Positions 55,901 through 64,000 of a stretch of DNA of 64,000 nucleotides are shown in pieces; positions within the stretch are counted from its first letter, which is position 1, and each line of letters opens with the position of its first letter. A program made the position numbers and the translations under genes. Below the pieces are notes generated by a model. The model saw only the letters and a list, made by a program, of their open reading frames with translations, was not told the DNA's origin and made no database searches. The DNA is taken from the NCBI GenBank assembly GCA_000002435.2, contig CM018790.1; one strand, given 5' to 3'. This stretch comes from Giardia intestinalis (taxonomy: Eukaryota).

Positions 55901-57901
55901 GCGTTTTACCACGGAAGCTACCATCCCCTGGGCTATCCACTGAATGCAGACTTTCAGGCCGGCTGGGTCCAGACAGCTGGATTCTTGAAGCACGCCCTTC
56001 TGCCCCTCTCTGATTTCAACTCAGACGTCCAACTGTATGGGAGTAGATACGAGGACGTGGTTCGCTACCTGATAGAAAACTTTTCTCCAGATCTCCTCCA
56101 CACAAAGTACTGCCCCGAACGCAAGGGCCCTGCGCCCGGGGACGAGGCTCTGCGGTCGATTGACGGGGAGTTCCGTGCCAATCGTCTGCTTTCCACGAAA
56201 ACGGCCTACGGGGCGCGAGTCGGAGACCTCCAGGCGTCGACTGCAACGCCCTCCATGGACGCCTCGATGACAACCGATAGGGAGGGAGAGGCCGCTTCCG
56301 GAATGATCCAGCCTCCATCGATGTTTGAGAGGCATACTGCTTCCAATCGCTATGCGTACATCATGGTCCAAGAATCCACAGCGGCTACTGAAGAAGGCCA
56401 ACCTCTGTGCCATCTCCAGCAGGAGACCGTCGGTGTACAGGACGACTTGGAAGAAAGGTCAGAGCGTGCGCACACCAGAATGCCGGGTCCGTCTTACCAA
56501 GAGATTGTCTCTGCAACAATGGCACTCCTTCGCCGATACGTCCCCATTTCCCAGAACTTCCGAGGCCTTCAAGCCCGTCGGCGCAGAACGCTTATGAAGA
56601 TTCGGGCTGCTGCTCAGGTGATAATGCTTGTTTCTTTCTACTTCACGCGCTTCTTAGCTGTTCCTCGGAGGGTCTACGTTGACTTCCTTCCTGTTCCGCT
56701 GGGCACCAGTCAGCCAAGGCAGGCCGCCTCTCGCCGCAAAGTGCCTCAGGGAGCGGTGAAGCTCTCCGACAAGTCCAGCAAGGTGATCGAGGACTTTTCT
56801 AAGTCGCGCTTTAAGACGTCCGGCGTTGACGTGGAGAGCCCGGCGGCTGCGCAATACGCAGACGCCCATGCGTCTCTTTATGGCACCATGATGGGGTCCT
56901 CTGTGACGCGGCCCGGGATGGAGGACGTAGAAGCGGAGGAAAACGGCATTCTCTACCAGTACGTCTTCAGGGACAGAACCAAGGTGAGAGTGCCAGTCCG
57001 GAAGGAGTCCGTTCTTGCTCTCTCCGCTCGCACCATGCCGACAGCTGTCTGCTTTGTGGACGGCGCCCACTCTATCCTGGTCGGGGACGACGCAGGCTTT
57101 GTGACCCTCTACAAGATTCAGAATCTGATAGCTGCTCTGGGGATCACACGCAGTCTCGACACGCAGCAGCTCCCTAAGGGTCTTCTTCATGCCCCGAGCT
57201 CTGGGAAGACGTCGCCAGTCGTTCCGTCTTCGTATCTCCGGGTACGGTACGTCCACCGTGCTCACGCCGCCCCCATTAGCCTGCTTTCTCCAGCTGGTTC
57301 CAACAGCCAGGCATACATTTCGATAGGCGGGGACAAACGAGTAGCGCTGTGGGGCTTGGACGGGGCCCAGCTCCTCGGCATTGTTCAGAGAGTCAATCTT
57401 GACCCGCCTCCGAAGGGATGGGACTCTCTTTTCGGCGTGCCTCTTACCGCACGCTCCGGGCAAAAGTCCTCAGAGAGTGGACTGGCAGATACAGCAAGGC
57501 TGTCCATCGAAGACCTCGAAGATGTGCCCAGTCAAGTCTTCCAGGACCCCCCTCCACCTATGCGTCTTGAGGCCCCGCCTGCGTGCGCATACCCGTGGAC
57601 ATATGCGCCGGAGAGCTCTGCAGGGGATCGCGTAGACACAGTCATTCTTCAAAGCATGCAGCAGACAGGGACGCTGGGTAACAGTGTGGAAGAGGCGGAC
57701 CTGCTCGGTGTGACCCGCCAGCTTCTGGCATCGCGGCGGCCAGTCATTGCGCCTACGTCCCAGGGCGATCCTGGAACCCTCCTCAAAGCCACAGGCCTCA
57801 CGGGTCGCCTGCTTGAGCGGAAGGGGGACTCGTGGACGGTTCGGGCCATGAAGCTTCGCGCGGCGCAGCAGCCCCTGGGATGGAGTGCAGGACCCCAATG
57901 A
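52952..57901 (+). CDS. Large hypothetical protein (1649 aa) with probable WD40-like repeats; GC-rich
   Basis: ATG ORF. WD-like strands end in W/Y/H-D/K: 'SGNVSIYAL', 'HGAVTLYWKTGSLFD', 'SDGRILVHDTMS', 'DAGFVTLYKIQN', 'GGDKRVALWGLDGA'. Dense antisense ORFs reflect GC-rich codon usage, not genes. Confidence 0.5.
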   Translation: MCSVRMSPLPFIVLCTREPLFIVFSLTGNMAISDPFRLQSPGTCLFWHEARSRLYIGHASGNVSIYALAYERDPDAPQFADGINLSEDPSNTGNSRQPSLASTTVDAAMQILGKSRSFDSLTREELLKVYPELRSSLIDVSKSTAEALQRSSQEKERLRGKSKQLIAMASEDLEVVSLITSQIFDAGQSTLLSHGIKETQLIADDPLAFVKATVAPDPVAAATHEKRHGGVHLTIRAEFVTTKYVVAGSVRCMDAGRGQWEEAMADDLFRLAVVGSDAALVILDEDLGVVCTFSDLHPEGIMRCYVVIDHITTIGFSNVYQIGPEAVRSCHLGMAVTKEELEDDPARVDGEDDRRGKRRREAVQVSDKRLVKANLVKSAHLITLVQPPRPGKPILASFAFGNVIGVIDHDNVVTLIHALTGAHITRIDIAINLHGVKVGTGVYSRKHDFGYIPFGRRLFVLKVVANEELAKEQVVWDFEDAKREEEQRALGKRRPKELIKHAPEHLPLGSISKECAGVVVNQRMNELGAVTGPGEVTIFSLLTGRPSRIYDIARISKTLLEGRDGTGSGGDDPQDSVLGSEYASIETCDLSKFYAEGQSEVTEADLHFSTPDDEARYRTLHKPPQILSQIPSAPDAPQSLLDALGRRILSLAVDSKGRVLYVIGTHGAVTLYWKTGSLFDISNVGITGRRTCEDDIDIVDNPFDGQRLGDAQREPSAGADSHMSSGASSYSLGLNLSQIIVKANNAAFVRQLLSDKSIMRAQILATDRARGLLFLCDNLNPQIVRAIDMKPSHEYVNRIGLSRQLTTFDIFFAGGADHFARARQQLAAFFSSKPVFVGADDLSSKPEVVRRFCPEFLWARDVSSAGQPNQAPSPIQKLLCDVLYTGHAKKARSDSYVTCIDASEELSLLAIGTSDGRILVHDTMSVKLLQQGVIQPPTIPSVGSPITALCFLGQWPLLFSASASGACYIHAVRSLYPNFSLVCAFYHGSYHPLGYPLNADFQAGWVQTAGFLKHALLPLSDFNSDVQLYGSRYEDVVRYLIENFSPDLLHTKYCPERKGPAPGDEALRSIDGEFRANRLLSTKTAYGARVGDLQASTATPSMDASMTTDREGEAASGMIQPPSMFERHTASNRYAYIMVQESTAATEEGQPLCHLQQETVGVQDDLEERSERAHTRMPGPSYQEIVSATMALLRRYVPISQNFRGLQARRRRTLMKIRAAAQVIMLVSFYFTRFLAVPRRVYVDFLPVPLGTSQPRQAASRRKVPQGAVKLSDKSSKVIEDFSKSRFKTSGVDVESPAAAQYADAHASLYGTMMGSSVTRPGMEDVEAEENGILYQYVFRDRTKVRVPVRKESVLALSARTMPTAVCFVDGAHSILVGDDAGFVTLYKIQNLIAALGITRSLDTQQLPKGLLHAPSSGKTSPVVPSSYLRVRYVHRAHAAPISLLSPAGSNSQAYISIGGDKRVALWGLDGAQLLGIVQRVNLDPPPKGWDSLFGVPLTARSGQKSSESGLADTARLSIEDLEDVPSQVFQDPPPPMRLEAPPACAYPWTYAPESSAGDRVDTVILQSMQQTGTLGNSVEEADLLGVTRQLLASRRPVIAPTSQGDPGTLLKATGLTGRLLERKGDSWTVRAMKLRAAQQPLGWSAGPQ

Positions 57902-58576
57902 AATAACTGGGCAAGAGATAGAGGGACACTGGGTGCTGAGCGCGGGACAGATCTGAGCATCTGCTTGGAGTAATTCGCTCAACCTAACGGCTGCTCTAGC
58001 GCTGTGCCGCTGACTTTTTGTAGGTGTGGCTCGAGCATCATTATAGACCGCTTGGTGGTCAACTGTGCCCGACAACGAGGAATGGACAAGAGGCCACGAA
58101 CCGAGCAGTTCGGCCCATCCCTGATCGAGGAACGCCCAGGAGCTCTGCGGCCGTCAATGTTGCTGGCTCGGAAACGAATGCCCAACGAAGCTCGTCGGGT
58201 GACGCTCGAGAGCCGGCCACTCGCTGCCTTCCAAGCGACGCTTCCAGCCAACCTCTGTGGTCCTTGTCAAGCAGATGAGACCAATTGAGGAGAGAGCGGC
58301 CGATCAAGGTCAGCGTGACTCTAGCGCGGCGGAAAGGATGGAGACCAAGCGTTCTGACACGCACGTATCGATTGGACAGAAACAACCCAGAGATTCCAGC
58401 AGCATGCTGACGCCAGTGTGGAGCATTGATGAAGAACCCCGGCCCTGAAGGGCGACACCCCTGTCTCTGAAGAGGCAGCCATGCTTGTGTGCGCCTCGAC
58501 TACACCCGCAGAGGGCCCTATAACATAGCCTTGCAAGTACTAGTGGGCAGAGTGAACGATTTTTGAAACAAACTTC

Positions 58577-58825
58577 ATGGCCGACGGCGATGACCACACA
58601 GCCAGCTCCCCAGCAGTAGCCCCCGCCATCCCACAATTCACTCGTAAGAAGCTCCACAGGCGGTTGGATGACGTGCTAGGAAGAGATGCCACAGATACAG
58701 TCTACTCTCTCAAGGGTTATCCAGACCTCGCTGTGAAGGAGATCCCTCTCGACGGCCTGGACAAGGGTAACATGGACGCCATCAGAATAAGATTGACCGG
58801 GGTGAGGCTGTCGCCTGCCACCTGA
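58577..58825 (+). pseudogene. Fragment resembling the N-terminus of a NEK-type (pseudo)kinase; possible 5' remnant of a gene disrupted by the downstream retroelement
   Basis: 'TVYSLKGYPDLAVKEIPLDGLDKGNMDAIRIRLTGV' parallels NEK subdomain I-III, (G)xV..V.....LVxKEI.L.GL.KKE.E. Only 82 aa, then a stop and a GC-rich non-kinase sequence. Confidence 0.3.
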
Positions 58826-59379
58826 CTGGTCCCCCATGCGAGCCACCGCCGCCCTGGGCACGCTTCTCGCATGCACGGCTGGGACCAGACGTCTGAGAGC
58901 CGAATCTCCTCGGATCCCTGCAGAAGAAGCCCGGACGAGGGGCTGAGGGCCCCGGTACTCAGCCCAGCAAGCAGCAGACCCGCGACTGCCCGATGAGGGA
59001 ACCACCGAGGAGGGCTCGCGGGGGCCCGAAGAAGAGAGTCTAGAGAGCAGCCGATAGAGTGAGCAGGGGGCCCGCACCTCCCTGTCATGGAGAGCGGCGC
59101 ATGGTGGCAGGCCCCAGTGGCCATTCCTCTAGGAGACCACCTGGCCCCACAGGATCGATTACTAACTACACGAACTGGCTCAAGAACGCCGAGGTTCACT
59201 CAAGGGGCTGCACCCTTGGGGACCTCCTACGCGATCCACAGCACAAGGAGTCGCCACACCTCTTTCACCTCACCAGAGGGCCTCGAGCAGCACGTCTCGG
59301 GAACTCTCTCCCGTCCGGGCTCCTTCTGCAGCCTTGCGACAGACAGACGGTGCCAGCTCACGCGGGCCCTCGCCGTTGC

Positions 59380-59600
59380 CTGCCGTGATGCCCCGGACCA
59401 GTGGGTGCCGCTGGGGCCTGCCTGGAAGTATGATCCAAAGATCTCACAGGTAAGCCTCGCTCAGTCCCTGGCCAGCCCGGAGGCGGGGGCTGGCCACGGG
59501 TCGCAGTGATAGCCACAGTGGTGATAGGGAAGAGCTCCCTCCGTTTGTGGATCTGGGGCCTGTGCGTTCCTCGGCTGTTCTGCGGATGTGCACAGCTGGA
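59380..59600 (-). repeat. Inverted copy (about 70-75% identity, with indels) of the retroelement 3' tail found at 62270-62465
   Basis: The reverse complement of 59380-59600 aligns with 62270-62465. Shared blocks are 'ccgcagaaca[g/c]ccgaggaacgca', 'ct[c]ttccct..caccactgtgg', 'ttacc[t/a]gt[g/a]agatct[t/c]tgga' and 'caggcaggccccagcggcac'. The translations also match: minus ORF 59358-60083 ends '...HPQNSRGT...LPVRSLDHTSRQAPAAP', and plus ORF 62270-62497 reads '...HPQNTRGT...LPVRSLDSARRQAPAAH'. Confidence 0.6.
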
Positions 59601-60249
59601 CTTGAGGCGAAGGAGAGCCCGCGAGGACCAGATCCGTATTACGAACGCAAGATCATACCTTTGGGCCCCAGAGAGCAAGCCGTGAGTCTCTACTCGGAGG
59701 ACCACTTCGAAGACGCTTGCCCTCTCGGCAGGACACACACGCTGGCTCTGTGGCCTGCCGTGCGAGAGCGCCAAGCAACCAACCGAGCACCTGAGAGAAG
59801 CAAACGATGACAGACACAGAGTGCTGGGCGACGACAAGCTGATCCTTCCGGCCCACATACCGAACCAGACAGCTGCCATGCTCATCCACCAGGGTGCGCG
59901 CATGATCGCGAGCATCGAGCAGGCCGGGACTGGGGTCGCGCTCCCCGCAATCAGGGGCCTAGACGCCCTGGTGGGAAGCTGCCAGAGGGCCCCTCTGCCA
60001 GACAACACCACGGAGCAGTCCCAGAGCAAGGCAGACCCAGACCCCGAGAAGGCGAGGCGCCGGATAGCAAACAGGGTGAACAACGCGCTGAGCTTTAATA
60101 GCTGCCAGGTCCTCTGTTCCTTGACACACCCACGATAGACAAGCCAGAGAAGGCCAAGGCCCCCTCAGCGCGCTACACCCGTGCGTCCCCCCGAAGGCTG
60201 CGTTGGCCTTGACTACCCTCCATCGATGAACTCGACAGGGCTGGAGTGG

Positions 60250-61260
60250 CAACCGAGGAGGAAATGAGGAAGGCCCTGTTTGGAACTCTCAACAAGAAGG
60301 CCTCGGGCGTGTCTGGTCTCGGGCCGGTCCAGCTCAGGCGATGAAGCAGAACGACAGCTTTGTGAAATACCTCACGCAGGCGTACAACGAGCTGACCACT
60401 CACCCCGAGGCGATACCCGAGGTGACGACCATGTTCGAGTTCCGGGCGATCCTCATCCCGAAGGAGTCCGACGGATACCCCCGATCGCGATAGGCGGACG
60501 GTCACGAACACCTTCCACCGCGTCCTGCTGAAGGGCTGATCAGGCATGCCAACTACCTCTCATGCGAGCAGATCGCCTTCAAGCAGAACGCATACGCGGT
60601 AGGCGTGAGGAGGGCCCACGAGCTCATCAGCGGGCGGGGATGCACGCCGTCTCCCTCGACACAAAGAACGCCCTCAACTCGCTCCCGAGGGCAGAGGTCG
60701 TCAGAGCCCTGAACGAGGCGGGCGTCCCGAAGGTCCTGGTCGACTACATCAGGAACTTCCTCGACCTGAGGCACAGCAAGGACGTGAAGTGCGAGGTCTG
60801 CGGCGTCCCCCAGGGCGACCCGCTCAGCACGTTCCTCTTCTGCATGGCCACCGAGCGCCTCCTGAGACGCCTCGAGGAGAGGGGCATCGCCTTCCTTGCC
60901 TATGCAGACGACATCGTGGGGTTCCACGACGAAGGGTACCCAGCAGGTGTGATAACACAGCAGACCATGGACCTGACGATCAGGAGCGACAAATGCAAGT
61001 CCACCATGGCGGGCGAGGAGGTGACCTTCCTCAACCACCCGGCGTCCCCCACTCCTGCTAGTCTCGCCCCAAAGGCCATCGCAGGTGCCGAGACTGCCTT
61101 GAAGAAGATCGAGAATGCCCCAATAACCATCCACCAGAAGCTCATCCTGGTGTCACTCTGTGTGGTCCCGATGGTGAGCTACGCCCCCCTGGTCGAAGTA
61201 ACATCGGACAAGGCGGACTACGAGGAGTTCGACAGACGTCGCACAAGGCATCAGCACTAA
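60250..61260 (+). pseudogene. Reverse-transcriptase domain of the retroelement, interrupted by at least 2 frameshifts
   Basis: See RT motifs 1, 2, A, B and C above. Motifs 1-2 and A-C lie in different reading frames. Confidence 0.65.
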
Positions 61261-62269
61261 CCAACAGAAGCTGCGATCGCCTGGTCGACTTCCTAGCGTA
61301 CCCGAAGGAGAAGGGCGGCCTGGACCTGCTCATGCCTGGATTCTACCACGACGAGCTGCGGAGGGTATGGGCCTCCTTGGACGTCAACAAGGGGGCCAGA
61401 GACCCGGTGGAGCTGTCGGTGGGCGGCCAGGCACTGCAGGGGAAGGGGCCTACTTCAACCGCCTCCTCACGCGCACACACCAGCTTCCGGACAGAGCGGC
61501 GACGTACTGTCTGCAGATGTGCGGCGTGCTGACCGAGGAGGAAAGGGCCCTGAAGGAGAAGGGCGGCTCGATCATGGCGCAGAAAGAGGCACCTGCCCGG
61601 GCTGCCACGAGGCACGACATGATCGTCGCGTGCCTGTACCTCCGCGTCTCGGGGAAGCTCAGCGCAGAGCTGGAAGTCAAGACCCACAGCCACCTCAGCG
61701 ACCAGAACCAGAAGCCCGACATCTGGCTCGTCGACAAGTGCAAGGCAGTGGACGTGGGTGTCATCCAGCCCCGCCAGATGGATACCACAGCGAGAAGGCC
61801 AAGAAGTACAGGGACGGGACGCTCCCGATCATCTACGGGACGGACGGATCCCTCCACCCCAGTCCAAGGGGCACCTCAAGGAGCTCCACGTGGACCTCTG
61901 TCCGGGCTGCCTTCGCCATCGCCCACATGGCTGCAGAGGCGAACGAGCACCTGACGGGGCTGATCAGACGGGCCGGGCCGAAAGCCTGGCCACCCAGAGC
62001 GACCGTCTCCTGTCATCCTACTTCTGACAACCGAATGAGTCCATCCCCGGGACCTGTCGACAACGACCGAGAAGGGGCGCAAGACTGGACACACAACCGA
62101 GTTGAATCCCAACCAGAAGAGAAAGCCCCGCTAGCTGCTGCTGATATACATGGACAGTATTGAGAATGACAACAAAGACCAGAGCTTCACCAACCGTAAA
62201 GGGAGAACAAGGAGAGGCACCCTAGTAGACCAGCGAGCCTGCAGGACGGCGTGATCTCCAAAAGGATCT

Positions 62270-62465
62270 ATGTGCACTCTTAGACCGAGCACACACCCGC
62301 AGAACACCCGAGGAACGCAGATAGCTCCTCCCTTCCACCACTGTGGTCTTTATATTGATACACGACCAACCCTCGTCTCCGGACATCACCAAAAATTGAG
62401 CGGGAATTTACCAGTAAGATCTCTGGACAGCGCCCGCAGGCAGGCCCCAGCGGCACACCACACAC
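62270..62465 (+). repeat. 3'-terminal segment of the retroelement; partner of the inverted copy at 59380-59600
   Basis: As above. Confidence 0.6.
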
Positions 62466-64000
62466 TCAGTATACCTCTTTGGCAAAAGTATTCTTAATGA
62501 TATCATTGGTGTTAAGACCGATTGCTCCGGAAATTCCTTGCTGCACAAGGCCGCTCTGGAGTGCAGTGGCCTTGAAGCTAAAGCGCTTAGCTCGTCACTA
62601 GCCTACCTTTGCCGATTACGCAATACTTCTGGAGAGACAGCCTTACAATTGGCGATAAAACATGGAAATTTGGAGCTCGCCAAACTTCTGATTGATGAGG
62701 AAGCAGGTAGCTATTCTGACACAAAAGAATCTGCAGTGGAGCTGGCCCTTCTTCGGGGTTCATGCGAAGTAGCCAGGCTATTAATTCCATTTGAAGGGAA
62801 GATACTTACTGAGCGGGGGTATACGCAGCTGATGTTAGCGGCTTCGTTTGGTGAGAGACGACTCGTTGAGAAGTACATCCAACGACAAGCAAAGAGGCAG
62901 GCAAAGAATGGGGTCACTGCGATGCATTTGGCCGTTATATCTGCAATCTCGCTTCATAAGTCTATCAAGCTTCTGCTGCAAGAAAGAGATCGCTTGGCAA
63001 CTGACAGCGGCCACCTTATAGTAGAGGCAGAAGTTCCGCTGACCCACAGCTCTGTGACACCACGAAACACACGATCTCCACGGTCTATTAGTATCCTAAC
63101 CAAGTCTTGCGGTAGGGGTGACTTGTTTGCGCAGACAGCTGAAAAGGAATCAGCCTACTCTAGGCCACGTGTCACTTCGTCTAGACGCCCAATAACATCG
63201 GTACGATATCCAAGACAGACGCCGGCTCTATCTGCTAGTACACGTGTAGGAACACCAAAAAGCAGCTTCAGCTCACGAGGAGGCCAGCAAATATCTCCTA
63301 GCATTACCGTACCATCGATGCTATCCTCCTCTCCAAGAAAGAGGAGCGGAAGATGCGCGGCTTCGCGGTCTGGAGGCTCTAAAACATCTCCCATGGCGCG
63401 ACCGCGCACAACCCAAATCACAGCCCAAAAGCTTCCTGCTGAAGTTACTAAGCACCGGGCCCAGAGCACGTACGGAACCCAGCTTGACGGGAGCATAAAG
63501 GTACCAGTGCTTCAGCTTGATAACCTGAGCGGAAAGCATGTGTCATTTCCAGATACTCTCAGGATAAAGGACGATGCCAGCGTTGTAGAGTGTAGAATTA
63601 GAAAGCTCAGATCTCTGTTTCAAGCCTTCGTCGAGATTATCCTGCTCCTTATACCACTAGAAAAACAGATCTCCCAAAGGAATGGCCTCACGGTGCTCAT
63701 GATAGCTGCGAAGGCTGATGTTGTAGAACTAGTTAGACTGCTTGTCAATGACGAGAAGTTGATGGTAGATGCACGCGGAGAGACTGCCTTGATGATAGCA
63801 GTTAGGAACAATGCAGCAGCATCTGTCAAAGGGCTGCTTAGCCACGAGGCAACCCGTGCATCTGCCAATCGTGAACGCTATACCGCATTGCACCTAGCAG
63901 TGCAAACGAATAACAGCATTCTTGTTGAGCAGCTAGCAACTCTAGAGAATAATATTCCACAGGCATGCTACACGTTAAAAGACTTTCCTAACAGCAGGAA
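62418..64000 (+). CDS. Ankyrin-repeat protein ('protein 21.1'-like), partial: no in-frame ATG before the first ankyrin repeat, and the ORF runs off the right edge
   Basis: I translated this frame by hand from the stop at 62415-17 to 64000 without meeting a stop. Ankyrin motifs include 'GNSLLHKAALECSG', 'GETALQLAIKHGNLELAKLLIDEE', 'GYTQLMLAASFGERRLVEKYI', 'GVTAMHLAVISAI', 'GLTVLMIAAKADVVELVRLLVNDE', 'GETALMIAVRNNAAASVKGLLSHEA' and 'RYTALHLAVQTNNSILVEQL'. A Ser/Arg/Pro-rich linker is in the middle. The ankyrin-like sequence begins at about 62484, immediately after the retroelement tail, and the first in-frame Met is only at about 62831. Confidence 0.55.

Larger units (their letters stand above)
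59360..62480 (+). mobile_element. Degenerate (frame-shifted) non-LTR retrotransposon: reverse transcriptase plus C-terminal CCHC/REL-endonuclease, site-specific R2/NeSL/Genie-like class; GilD-like 'dead' element
   Basis: RT motifs are split over three frames. 'KASGVSGLGPVQL' (motif 1) and 'FRAILIPKESDGYPRSR' (motif 2) lie around 60.29-60.49 kb. 'VSLDTKNALNSL' (motif A), 'GVPQGDPLSTFLF' (motif B) and 'AYADDIVGF' (motif C, YADD) lie in ORF 60562-61260. Downstream, ORF 61367-61954 contains 'YCLQMCGVLTEEE...H....C' (CCHC) and 'KPDIWLVDKCKAVDVGV' (PD-(D/E)xK), the restriction-enzyme-like endonuclease of this clade. No continuous ORF, no LTRs. The region is locally more GC-rich than its neighbours. 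Confidence 0.65.

Noticed and set aside
58004-59509. Small ORFs (58004-58288, 59059-59388, 59087-59509, 58717-59199 minus) as independent genes
   Set aside because: They are short, in mixed frames, GC-rich and motif-free, and lie in the degenerate region flanking the retroelement. Most likely they are remnants or noise.
59360-62480. LTR retrotransposon or DNA transposon with terminal inverted repeats
   Set aside because: There are no direct LTRs and no integrase, RNase H or protease motifs. The RT motif set plus a C-terminal CCHC/PD-(D/E)xK endonuclease is diagnostic of non-LTR (R2/NeSL-like) elements. The inverted repeat matches the element's own 3' tail, which points to a second, inverted, truncated copy rather than TIRs of a DNA transposon.
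1-64000. Interpretation as a prokaryotic operon (ABC transporter, aaRS, acyl-CoA ligase, helicase)
   Set aside because: Hallmark eukaryote-only proteins are present (dynein heavy chain, cyclin, VAP/MSP, MYCBP, UBA-UBX, NEK-ankyrin). Genes run on alternating strands with AT-rich initiator contexts, and giant genes of 10-14 kb occur.

Overview
This window reads as a compact, intron-poor, protein-dense eukaryotic (protist) locus, about 50% GC with short AT-rich spacers and A-rich tracts immediately before ATG codons. The gene content (many NEK-type kinase and ankyrin proteins, giant coiled-coil proteins, a frame-shifted non-LTR retrotransposon with RT plus a C-terminal REL-endonuclease) suggests a diplomonad such as Giardia. 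That assignment is inference from the sequence alone, not a database result.

Genes in order:
- A 5'-partial gene on the minus strand runs off the left edge (1..1748).
- Upf1/IGHMBP2-like SF1 helicase (-), a 535-aa hypothetical protein (+), and a small 4-TM membrane protein (-).
- ABCA-type full ABC transporter with two NBDs (+); the real ATG is probably at 7078.
- A 953-aa hypothetical protein (-).
- Eukaryotic/archaeal-type tyrosyl-tRNA synthetase (+).
- Long-chain acyl-CoA synthetase (-).
- PHO80-like cyclin (-).
- VAP/MSP-domain tail-anchored protein (+).
- A 447-aa acidic hypothetical protein (+) and a P-loop NTPase (-).
- UBA...UBX-like protein (-).
- A 3226-aa coiled-coil protein (+) containing five perfect in-frame 951-bp tandem repeats.
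- Dpy-30-motif adenylate-kinase-like protein (-) and a MYCBP/AMY-1 homolog (-).
- A 4773-aa dynein heavy chain (-) whose AAA1 region resembles the cytoplasmic dynein-1 type.
- A NEK-like kinase with ankyrin repeats (+), predicted catalytically dead.
- A 1649-aa GC-rich WD-like protein (+).
- A degenerate non-LTR retrotransposon region (about 59.4-62.5 kb) bounded by a roughly 200-bp inverted duplication of its 3' tail.
- An ankyrin-repeat ORF (+) with no start codon, running off the right edge.

The ORF track turns out to translate non-ATG start codons (GTG/TTG) as M, so some listed starts were moved to the first real ATG.
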